Shown here piece by piece: positions 40,983 through 49,492 of a stretch of DNA of 58,813 bases. Under the pieces are notes generated by a model. That model saw only the letters and a program-made list of their open reading frames with translations, ran no database searches and had not been told where the DNA came from. Source of the DNA: Planctomycetota bacterium (lineage in GTDB: Bacteria > Planctomycetota > Planctomycetia > JALXBF01); the NCBI GenBank assembly GCA_026991575.1, contig JALXBF010000095.1, forward strand, positions 1 through 58,813. Direction: 5' to 3'. The translations under genes and the position numbers were made by a program. Position 1 is the stretch's first letter; each line of letters starts with the position of its first letter.

Positions 40983-42772
40983 TCGGCTGTCAATGCTTGA
41001 TGGAGCCGCTGCTCGATTCGAGTCAGTGCCTGGTCCATTTCGTCGCCGAGCAACCAGGTGCGCAGCTGCGGGCTCATCTGGACCGACCTATCGGCATTCT
41101 TGTTGGGCCCTGACCGGGGTGAATCCCCAACCAGTTCGGTCAGGCTCTCCAGTGCTGCCAAGGCCTGCTGGTACCGGCCCGCGCCGGCCAGGCAGTACAA
41201 ACGCACGAGGATCAGGCGTTCACGTTCCGTGGGCGGCTCCAGCGAATCGAGCGCGTCAGCTGCTGCTAGCGCCCGGTCGTAGGCTCCGGCGACATAGCTC
41301 AGAAACATAATGGCTTCCAGCAGGCCACGGCGGGCCGCAGGCGCGAGCGCGGCCTCTGGGATGGTGCCAGCCAGTGCCAGTGCCTCGCGTGCGAGATGAC
41401 GAGCGGTCTGCCACCTGGAAGGCTCGGGCCGCCGTGTCAGCTCTGAGCCGGTTGCGCTCGGCCAGGGCCAGGGCAGCAGGGGGGTCAAGGACCGCGCCCG
41501 CTGAGCTGGTGCCCCGTGCAGAAGGCCCTGGACGCGAGCGGCCGCACCGTGCAGTAGCACGAGCTTGGCCGCAGCGGTGGGCAGCAGCGGTGAGTATGCG
41601 TCGATCCAGCTGCCACGGTGCCACAACAGGGGAACCCCGGGCGCGCTGCCGACCCAGGCCAGAAAACTGCCGTCGGCACGCAGCGTGGGCGCGCGGCGCA
41701 CGAGCGGAATCGGCAGTTGCACGACGCGTTGCATGGGGCGTCTGCTGGAGGAGTCCCACACCCAGATCGAACCGGTTCCGTCCGTGCCGCAAACCAGTAC
41801 GGTCACCCGCTCGCGCGACGGTCGCGTGATGAACCAGACCGAGTCGCGCGCCTGCTTCTCGGGTAACCAGAGAGGCCAGAGCGTGTGTACCATGCGGGTT
41901 GCTTCAACCTGCGTCGAGCACAGTGCCAGGACCGGCGTCATGATGAACCGGTTTGCCTGCTGACGCCGGTGCCAGATGAGTTGCCAGAACAGTCTTGGTG
42001 TCCTGGACCAGACTGCCGGTTGGTGAGACGGCTGTTCCGCAATCAGCCGGCCGGGGCCGGGCTCGTCAGGCGTTACGATCCGGATCCCTGATCCGGTCGG
42101 CCCTTCCTGACGCATGACCAGATACCGACCGTCGGGGGACCAGCTCGGATCGAACGCGTTGCGGTAGATGGTCAGCAACGTGCCGTCGGCACGAACCACG
42201 GCAGTTCCCGGCGGCTGAACGCTGGGCAGGGTGTAATAGCGCCCGTGGGGGGCGATGGTGACGGCTTGAGCTGCGAAGAGGTTCAGATCCAGGTCAGCGT
42301 GTCCGACGGGCTGTCGGTACAAGAGCTTAGCCGGTTCGTCGTCTTCGCTGAGCGAGACGGCAAGCAGGGTGACTGTGGCTTCTTCGGGGGTTTCTTGGTA
42401 AGCGGCGACGACCAGGTTGGATGCATCCGCCGTCGTGGCAGGCATGGAGAGCACGCCCGGTTGGCGGAGGGCCAACAGCGGCACGGTCGCTTCAGGCTCC
42501 GGGAGCCACCACAGGGAGGACTGGACGGGCTCGAATGCGGGCACGAGGCGGTTCTTGTCGGCGGCGGCCCACCATCCGATCGGGAACAGCTCGGCGGGGT
42601 CGGGTTCGGCCAGGGTGAATGCGATCGGCAACGGCGCAGGCGGTGGCTGCTGGCGCGTGGCGTGGGTACCGGGCCAGACGGCGGCACAGGCTAGCAGCAC
42701 AGTCGCTACGGTCGGGCACAATCGCGCCAACCCGATCCTTCGGCTTGCCTGCTCTGGTACTCTCAGCCGCAC
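40979..42772 (-). CDS. Secreted hypothetical protein with TolB/PD40-like repeats and C-terminal TPR
   Basis: DPSWSPDGRYL, PAVWS repeats; C-terminal AGAYDRAL / AGRYQQAL TPR-like helices; start uncertain. Confidence 0.6.
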   Translation of the reverse strand: MRLRVPEQASRRIGLARLCPTVATVLLACAAVWPGTHATRQQPPPAPLPIAFTLAEPDPAELFPIGWWAAADKNRLVPAFEPVQSSLWWLPEPEATVPLLALRQPGVLSMPATTADASNLVVAAYQETPEEATVTLLAVSLSEDDEPAKLLYRQPVGHADLDLNLFAAQAVTIAPHGRYYTLPSVQPPGTAVVRADGTLLTIYRNAFDPSWSPDGRYLVMRQEGPTGSGIRIVTPDEPGPGRLIAEQPSHQPAVWSRTPRLFWQLIWHRRQQANRFIMTPVLALCSTQVEATRMVHTLWPLWLPEKQARDSVWFITRPSRERVTVLVCGTDGTGSIWVWDSSSRRPMQRVVQLPIPLVRRAPTLRADGSFLAWVGSAPGVPLLWHRGSWIDAYSPLLPTAAAKLVLLHGAAARVQGLLHGAPAQRARSLTPLLPWPWPSATGSELTRRPEPSRWQTARHLAREALALAGTIPEAALAPAARRGLLEAIMFLSYVAGAYDRALAAADALDSLEPPTERERLILVRLYCLAGAGRYQQALAALESLTELVGDSPRSGPNKNADRSVQMSPQLRTWLLGDEMDQALTRIEQRLHQALTAD

Positions 42773-43117
42773 TAGCTGACCGCAGAACGAGGGATGAAAA
42801 GTCGACGGCCTCAGCACTCTAGTCCGATAGTAGGTGGCGCGTGCCCGGATTGCAATGGCAGGGCCGGCTGCGCTGTGGCCGTTGGGGCCCGGTGGGCGGC
42901 GACCTGCCGGACGGGTTGGCGCGGACGGGACCGTGTGGCCTGCGTGCCGCTTGGTTGATGCCGCCGACGGCGGGACGTAAGATTGGGGTGATTCGGCGCT
43001 TCGGGCAAGCCCTGACCACTGCCAGCCCACGGATCGCTTGCTCTCCTTAGTCCCGCCTCCCCTTTTTGCTGTCCTGCCGCCGCGCGTAGCGTCTGGAACC
43101 TACGGTGAAGCGAGACG

Positions 43118-43675
43118 ATGCGTTACCACTTGATTGACCGCATCTTGGAAATTGAGCCCGGTCGCCGGATCGTGGCGGTGAAGAACCTCTCAGCGGCGGA
43201 GGAATACCTGGCGGACCACTTCCCTGGCTTCCCGATCATGCCTGGCGTGTTGATGTTGGAGGCGATGACGCAGGCCGGCGCGTGGCTGATTCGGCTCAGC
43301 GAGGATTTTGCCCATTCGATCATCTTGCTAAAGTCGGCTCGTGGGGTAAGATATGCTAACTTCGTCGAGCCGGGCAAACAGCTGATCCTGGAAGCGGACG
43401 TGGTGCGTGAGGAGGGGCGCGAGACGAGTTTCAAGGCAAAAGGGACGATCGAAGGCAGCACCGTTGTCAGCGGCCGTCTGACGCTGGTGCGGTTCAATCT
43501 GGCGGAGCGGAACGCTGAGTTGGCGCGGCTGGACGCGAAGGTGATCCAGGCGTTGCGCCAGCTGCGGGCGACGCTCATGCGGGGCGCGAGGGTTGTGGGC
43601 GAGGCCAGTCCGGAGGAGGCGTCGCCGCTTCCGGGAGCGGGCGTTTCCGGCAGCGTGGAGGAACGGCGCGAATGA
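43118..43675 (+). CDS. fabZ: 3-hydroxyacyl-ACP dehydratase (FabZ family) 1
   Basis: LIDRI, DHFPGFPIMPGVLMLEAMTQ (catalytic His/Glu). Confidence 0.9.
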   Translation: MRYHLIDRILEIEPGRRIVAVKNLSAAEEYLADHFPGFPIMPGVLMLEAMTQAGAWLIRLSEDFAHSIILLKSARGVRYANFVEPGKQLILEADVVREEGRETSFKAKGTIEGSTVVSGRLTLVRFNLAERNAELARLDAKVIQALRQLRATLMRGARVVGEASPEEASPLPGAGVSGSVEERRE

Positions 43676-44427
43676 CACTGGACGGCAAGATTACGTTGAT
43701 CACCGGAGGTAGTCGCGGTATTGGCCGCGCGATCGCGCTGGCGTTCGCGCGCCATGGCGCGCACGTGGCGATCGTGTACGCGCGCAACGCGGAGGCTGCC
43801 GGTGCGGTGGTCCGGGACATCGAGCAGCTGGGCCGGGAGGCCGTGGCCATTCAGGCCGACGTGCGCGACTTTGCCCAGTGCAAACGGGCATTCCAGGAGG
43901 TGCTCGACCGCTGGCAGCGGTTGGATGTGCTGGTCAACAACGCAGGCATCATCCGTGACAAGCTGTTCCTGCAGATGGATGAGGCAGACTGGCGCGATGT
44001 GATCGAGACAAACCTAATCGGCGCGTTCAACTTCTCCCGGCTGGCGGCCGAGGTGATGCTGAAACAGCGCAGTGGCCGGATCATCAACGTCTCGAGTGTG
44101 GCCGGTGCCTACGGCGGCAAGGGGCAGGTGAACTATGCGGCGAGCAAGGGCGGGTTGAACGCCTTCACCAGGGCCCTGGCCGCAGAACTGGCACCGCGTA
44201 GTATAACCGTGAACGCCATCGCTCCCGGTCTGATCGAAACGGAGATGAGCGAGGCGGTCCGGAATTTGCTGGGCAACGAGATTCGAAAGATTGTGCCGAT
44301 GAGGCGGGCGGGCAAGCCAGAAGAGGTAGCTGAGCTGGCTGTGTTTCTGGCCTCCCCGGCCGCCGACTACATTACCGGACAGGTATTCACGATAGACGGT
44401 GGCCTGAGCCTGGGCGGAATCCGTTAG
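43672..44427 (+). CDS. fabG: 3-oxoacyl-ACP reductase
   Basis: TGGSRGIG, NNAGIIRD, YAASK, PGLIETEM. Confidence 0.92.
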   Translation: MTLDGKITLITGGSRGIGRAIALAFARHGAHVAIVYARNAEAAGAVVRDIEQLGREAVAIQADVRDFAQCKRAFQEVLDRWQRLDVLVNNAGIIRDKLFLQMDEADWRDVIETNLIGAFNFSRLAAEVMLKQRSGRIINVSSVAGAYGGKGQVNYAASKGGLNAFTRALAAELAPRSITVNAIAPGLIETEMSEAVRNLLGNEIRKIVPMRRAGKPEEVAELAVFLASPAADYITGQVFTIDGGLSLGGIR

Positions 44428-44579
44428 CTGCCGGGGCGGAAGACTGGGGAGTGGTCCGCCTTGCAGCAAGCGGCTGGCTTGCGTACAACGGCGCAAGCCG
44501 AACCGGACGATGTCCGCCTTGGGCCAAGGTTGTGGTGTGTCTCGTTGGTCCTAGCCCTTGGTACTAGCGGAGGGTTGTG

Positions 44580-44972
44580 ATGCCGACGCGCGAAGAGATT
44601 TTCCAGAAGGTCCAGGAGACCCTGGTCGATGCGCTGGTGGTCGAGCCCGAGGAGGTTACTCGGGAAGCGACCCTGACGGGGGATCTTGGCGCCGAGTCGA
44701 TCGACTTCCTGGACATCGTCTTCCGCCTGGAAAAAGCGTTCAACATCAAGATCCCGCGCGGCGATCTGTTCCCGGAAGAGGTCCTCGATGACCCGAAGTA
44801 TGTGGCCGACGGCAAGCTGACGGCCGAGGGCGCCGAGGAGCTGAAGCGGCGGATGCCGTGGGCCGCGGACCACATCCGTGAAGGTCTGGAGATCCAGGAC
44901 CTGTTCACGGTGGACATGATCGTCAGCTTCATCGAAAGCAAGCTGAACCAGATGGCGGCCAGCCAGAACTGA
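44580..44972 (+). CDS. Elongated acyl carrier protein (AcpXL-like core)
   Basis: DLGAESIDFLDIVFRLEKAFNIKIP with phosphopantetheine Ser; 130 aa; GGAGG SD. Confidence 0.9.
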   Translation: MPTREEIFQKVQETLVDALVVEPEEVTREATLTGDLGAESIDFLDIVFRLEKAFNIKIPRGDLFPEEVLDDPKYVADGKLTAEGAEELKRRMPWAADHIREGLEIQDLFTVDMIVSFIESKLNQMAASQN

Positions 44973-44997
44973 TCGTGGCGGCGAGCCGAGGCCCGGG

Positions 44998-45027
44998 GGC
45001 GAGCGGGGTCAGCCGGCCCCGCTTGCC
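44998..45027 (+). other. Intra-operon stem-loop after the ACP gene
   Basis: 13-bp stem GGCGAGCGGGGTC/GGCCCCGCTTGCC with 2 G-U pairs and an AGCC loop; no U tract. Confidence 0.55.
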
Positions 45028-45057
45028 GACCTGGTGTTGCGGCCGAGGAGACGCAGG

Positions 45058-45561
45058 ATGCGATGGATCTGGATCGACCGCATCGAAGAGTTCCGAAGTC
45101 GGGAGTACGCGCGGTCGGTAAAGAACGTGACGCTTGCCGAAGAGCACCTGCATGACCACTTTCCCGGCTACCCGGTCATGCCAACCTCGTTGATCGTGGA
45201 GGGCCTGGCCCAGACCGGTGGCTTGCTGGTCGGTGAGGCAAGCGGTTTCGGGGGACTGGTCGTGCTAGCCAAACTGTCGCGCGTCACGTTCCACGACTAC
45301 GCTCTGCCCGGCGACCAGATCACCTATGAGGTCAGGCTCAAGGAGCTGCGGCCCGAGGGGGCCGTCGTGGAAGGCACGGCCCGGGTGGGCGAAAAACTGC
45401 TTGCCGAAGCCGAGATCGTGTTCGCCCAGATGGATGCCCAGAAAGCGGCAGCCATCGTCGGCAACCGCTATTCGAACTTCCGCCAGGACATGCTCGACAT
45501 GATCCGGATCTCTCAGACCACAAGCACGGCAAGCAACTCTGAGCCGGCCGGTACCTCCTGA
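45058..45561 (+). CDS. fabZ: 3-hydroxyacyl-ACP dehydratase (FabZ family) 2
   Basis: WIDRI, DHFPGYPVMPTSLIVEGLAQ; GAGGAG SD. Confidence 0.88.
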   Translation: MRWIWIDRIEEFRSREYARSVKNVTLAEEHLHDHFPGYPVMPTSLIVEGLAQTGGLLVGEASGFGGLVVLAKLSRVTFHDYALPGDQITYEVRLKELRPEGAVVEGTARVGEKLLAEAEIVFAQMDAQKAAAIVGNRYSNFRQDMLDMIRISQTTSTASNSEPAGTS

Positions 45562-45677
45562 GCTACGCTGGCACCACTGGCAGTGGCTGGCCGCAACCGC
45601 CAGAATATGGCCTCGGCAACAACACCGTCCCCGGCCCCTACAGCGACGATTCTCGGAGCTTCGAATCCAGTAGCTGC

Positions 45678-46982
45678 ATGAGTGACCAAGGCCGACGAGT
45701 GCTCATCACCGGTCTCGGGATCGTCTCCCCACTGGGTTGCGACCTGCAGAGCGTCTGGGAGCAACTCAGTGCCGGACGCTCCGGTATTCGCAGGATCGAG
45801 GCGTTCGATCCCGAGGGCCTGCCCAGTCAGATCGCTGGCGAGGTGATCGGCTACAGCGCGCGCAAGTACGTCGATCGGCAGCAGCGCAAGGCGTTGAAGG
45901 TCATGTGCCGCGACACGCTGCTGGCCATCGGCGCAGCACGCATGGCCCTGGAGGACGCCGGCCTACTGGAGTGGGCCGGCCTGGACCGGGAGCGTACGGG
46001 GGTGGTCTTTGGAGCCACGATGATGAGCTCCGAGTTGGAGGAGCTGGCCGAGGCGGCTGTCGCCTGCCACGACGAACAGGGGCAGTTCAGCTTGAAGTTG
46101 TGGGGTGAACGGTCCATTCCCACCATGCCCCCGCTCTGGATGTTGAAGTACCTGCCCAACATGCCGGCCTGTCATGTGTCCATCCTGTACGACCTTCAGG
46201 GGCCGAACAACACGATCACTATGGAAGAGGCGGCCAGCAATCTGGCCTTCGCCGAAGCGATGCGGATCATCCAGCGAGGCGATGCCGACGTGATGCTGGC
46301 CGGTGGCGCCGAGTCGAACGTTCATCCGCTACGCATGGCGCGGCTCTGCCTGCTGGGTGACATCAGCACGCGGAACGACGACCCAGCCGGTGCCTGCCGG
46401 CCGTTCGACCGGGACCATTGCGGGTTGGTCGCAGGCGAAGGCGCCGCCGTTGTCGTGTTGGAGTCCGAAGAGCATGCACGCCGCCGCGGGGCACGCGTGT
46501 ACGCGGAGCTGTCCGGCGAGGCGGCCACCTGCGTCGCCAATGCCGACCGTAGCTGGCAGGTAGCGGTTGAAGCGATTGCCGAAGTGATCCGCCGCGCACT
46601 GGCGTCAGCCGGAGCTGACCCGGAGGACATCGGCTTCTACAACGCGCATGGCAACGGGTCGGTGGTGGCCGATCGGGTTGAGGCGGCGGCGCTGCGCGAG
46701 GCACTCGGCTCGAAGGCCGGCGGCGTGCCCGTGGTGCCGTTTAAGAGCCACTTCGGGTCGGCCGGTACCGCCTGCGGCGCGCTGGAGTTCGTGGCCGGGG
46801 TGCTTGGCCTGCAGCACGGCCAGGCGCCACCGTCGGCTGCGTACCGCGAGCCGGATCCGGAGTGCGGACTGGACGTGGTGCACGGGGAACCACGGCCGCT
46901 CGCCGTACGCAGTTTCTTGTCGGTCAACTTCGATCGCGTCGGTCAGTGCGCAGCGCTGTTCGTGCGAGCCGTCGGCGATTGA
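45678..46982 (+). CDS. FabF-like ketosynthase lacking the catalytic Cys (chain-length-factor-like)
   Basis: KS fold (ITGLGIVSPLG, PFD, GEGA, NAHG) but TMEEAAS replaces TACAS and FGS replaces xGH. Confidence 0.85.
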   Translation: MSDQGRRVLITGLGIVSPLGCDLQSVWEQLSAGRSGIRRIEAFDPEGLPSQIAGEVIGYSARKYVDRQQRKALKVMCRDTLLAIGAARMALEDAGLLEWAGLDRERTGVVFGATMMSSELEELAEAAVACHDEQGQFSLKLWGERSIPTMPPLWMLKYLPNMPACHVSILYDLQGPNNTITMEEAASNLAFAEAMRIIQRGDADVMLAGGAESNVHPLRMARLCLLGDISTRNDDPAGACRPFDRDHCGLVAGEGAAVVVLESEEHARRRGARVYAELSGEAATCVANADRSWQVAVEAIAEVIRRALASAGADPEDIGFYNAHGNGSVVADRVEAAALREALGSKAGGVPVVPFKSHFGSAGTACGALEFVAGVLGLQHGQAPPSAAYREPDPECGLDVVHGEPRPLAVRSFLSVNFDRVGQCAALFVRAVGD

Positions 46983-47078
46983 CCGCTACCCGCCCGCGGG
47001 CGCAACGGTGTCCGATCGGCCTGGAACCGGTTGATCCGTTCGGCTCACAGCACACCACAAAGCACCGTTTGGACAGCA

Positions 47079-48374
47079 ATGGCAGAAAGCAGACGGCGTG
47101 TTGTCGTAACCGGCATGGCCATGGTCACCCCGCTGGGCGGGGACCTGGAGCGTACGTGGCAGGCTGCCAAAGAAGGCCGTAGCGGGGTCGACTACATCAC
47201 CCGCTTCGATGCCAGTACGTTCCCGACACGCATCGCAGCGGAGGTGAAGAACTTCTCGCTGGCAAACTACATCCCCGACGGGCACGAGCGCTACGGATCT
47301 GCCGGACTGAACGCCCAGCTTGCCCTGGCCGCCACCGCCATGCTCTTGGAATCAGCCCGCCTGGACATCAGCCGGCTGGACCCGTACCGCGTCGGGGTCT
47401 ACCTGGGCGCCGGGGAAGGGCACCAGGATCTGGTGACGTTCATGCGGTTGCTACGGCGGGCGTATCAGGACGGCCGCATCGAGACGCCGGTGTTCAACGC
47501 CGGAGCAGTGGCGGAGCTGGATCCCGTGAACGAGCTGGAGCAAAGCCCAAACATGGCGGCCGTGCACGTTGCCGGCTTCGCCGGGGCTCGCGGACCGAAC
47601 TCCAACTGCCTGACCGCTTGCGCCGCATCGAACCAGGCAATCGGGGAGGCTGTGCAGCTGGTGCGCTCCGGAGTGGCTGACGTGATGCTCAGCGGCGGGG
47701 CGCACAGCATGATCCATCCGCTGGGCGTGACGGGCTTCAACCTCCTGACTGCGCTGAGCACACGGAATGATGAGCCGACGAAGGCATCGCGACCGTTCGA
47801 CCTGGGCCGTGACGGGTTCGTGCTCGGAGAAGGAGCCGGCATGGTGGTGCTGGAGGAGCTTGAGCACGCGCTGCGGCGGGGCGCGACGATCCACGGCGAA
47901 GTAATCGGGTACGGGCTCAGTGCCGATGCGTTCCGGTTGACCGATCCGCACGAGGACGGTCGGGGCGCGGTGCAAGCAATGGTCCACGCGCTCCGCGATG
48001 CGGGGCTGCGGCCCGAAGACATCGATTACATCAACGCTCACGGCACAAGCACGCGTGAAGGCGATGCCGTCGAGACCCTGGCAATTAAGAAAGTCTTCGG
48101 GGACTATGCCTACAAGGTCCCGGTTAGCTCGACCAAGAGCATGATGGGACATCTGATTGCGGCTGCCGGGGTGGTCGAGTTCATCCTGTGCTTGTTGGCC
48201 ATCCGCGACGGCATCATCCCGCCAACGATCAATCTGGAGACACCGGACCCGGAGTGCGATCTGGATTATGTGCCCAATGAGGCGCGCGCAGCAGACGTGC
48301 GCATCGCGCTGTCGAACAGCTTCGGGTTCGGTGGCCAGAACGCCTGCCTGATCGTGCGTCGATTTGACGGTTGA
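47079..48374 (+). CDS. fabF: Beta-ketoacyl-ACP synthase II
   Basis: Intact triad: LTACAAS, INAHGTST, KSMMGHL; SNSFGFGG. Confidence 0.93.
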   Translation: MAESRRRVVVTGMAMVTPLGGDLERTWQAAKEGRSGVDYITRFDASTFPTRIAAEVKNFSLANYIPDGHERYGSAGLNAQLALAATAMLLESARLDISRLDPYRVGVYLGAGEGHQDLVTFMRLLRRAYQDGRIETPVFNAGAVAELDPVNELEQSPNMAAVHVAGFAGARGPNSNCLTACAASNQAIGEAVQLVRSGVADVMLSGGAHSMIHPLGVTGFNLLTALSTRNDEPTKASRPFDLGRDGFVLGEGAGMVVLEELEHALRRGATIHGEVIGYGLSADAFRLTDPHEDGRGAVQAMVHALRDAGLRPEDIDYINAHGTSTREGDAVETLAIKKVFGDYAYKVPVSSTKSMMGHLIAAAGVVEFILCLLAIRDGIIPPTINLETPDPECDLDYVPNEARAADVRIALSNSFGFGGQNACLIVRRFDG

Positions 48375-49444
48375 CCCATCACGGAACCCTGCCAGAGACG
48401 GTGACCTTGGGTACCGAACTCCTGGGCACAGTTTTTCTTATCGCACTAGCGGTAGCGATTGGCCTTGTCACACTGCTGGTCGTGGCCACGCTGATCATCT
48501 GCGTGGTGTACATGCCGCACATCGTCCGCGTCTTTGAAGAGGAGCCGCTGCTGCTGCCCAAGCGGCACGAGCCGGCCGAGGATGCCGAGGAGGTGCGGTT
48601 CCGCACCGCCGATGGCCTCTGGCTCCAGGGGGCCTGGCTACCCGCGCGTGGCGAGAGCGAGGGGGTGGTTGTCTTCTGCCCTGGGTTCAAGATGGATCGC
48701 TGGACGGCGCTGGAGTACCTGGACGACGTGCGCGATCTGGGGCTGGATCTATTCACGTACGAATTCCGCAACCAGGGTGAGAGCGATGCTGAGGAAGGCT
48801 ATCGGCCGATGCAGTGGGTGACCACACGCGAGGTCCGCGACGTCGAGGCAGCCCTGGCCCACGTGCGCGCACGCCAGCAGGACCGTGGCCTGCCGGAGCG
48901 AATCGTCCTGTTCGGCATCAGTCGAGGGGGAGGGGCGGCGCTGGTTGCGGCCAGCCGCGACCGCGACGTACTCGGCTTGATCACCGATGGGGCCTTTCCC
49001 ACCCACGGCATGCAACTGGCATTCATGCTGCGTTGGGTGGGAATCTACGCCAATCTCCCGTTCATCTACAAGCGGATCCCTCTGTGGTACTACAGCTTCC
49101 TCTGCTTCCTGACCCGCTGCATCGTTGCCTGGCGGAACCGGTGCTGGTTACCGTCCATTGAGCGGGCTGCCCGGCGTTTGGCCGTCTCCGGCTGGCTGAT
49201 GATCCACGGCGCCAAGGACAGCTACATCCCTCCCAGGATTGCCCGTCAGCTCTACGAACTGGCCCGATGCCCAAAAGAGCTCTGGCTCGTGCCCGGCGCG
49301 CGCCACAATCAGTGCCACCGGACTGAACCGGAAGAATACAGCCGGCGCGTGCGAGCCTTCCTGCTGGAAACGCTGCAGCTGGGTCGATTAACATACTGTG
49401 ACGAGAGGGAAAATGCAGAAAGTGGGTCGACTGAGGCCCGCTAG
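48371..49444 (+). CDS. Membrane-anchored alpha/beta hydrolase
   Basis: N-terminal TM, GISRG nucleophile elbow, HGAKD, ARHN; TTG start overlaps the fabF stop (start uncertain). Confidence 0.87.
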   Translation: MTHHGTLPETVTLGTELLGTVFLIALAVAIGLVTLLVVATLIICVVYMPHIVRVFEEEPLLLPKRHEPAEDAEEVRFRTADGLWLQGAWLPARGESEGVVVFCPGFKMDRWTALEYLDDVRDLGLDLFTYEFRNQGESDAEEGYRPMQWVTTREVRDVEAALAHVRARQQDRGLPERIVLFGISRGGGAALVAASRDRDVLGLITDGAFPTHGMQLAFMLRWVGIYANLPFIYKRIPLWYYSFLCFLTRCIVAWRNRCWLPSIERAARRLAVSGWLMIHGAKDSYIPPRIARQLYELARCPKELWLVPGARHNQCHRTEPEEYSRRVRAFLLETLQLGRLTYCDERENAESGSTEAR

Positions 49445-49492
49445 CGGCCGCCCTCCCCGCACGCCTGGCTGACAGACGGCGAGCACCCTGCC

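Noticed and set aside
43118..48374. Ladderane or aryl-polyene biosynthesis call
   Set aside because: No radical SAM, methyltransferase, phytoene-desaturase-like or benzoate-loading genes in the locus
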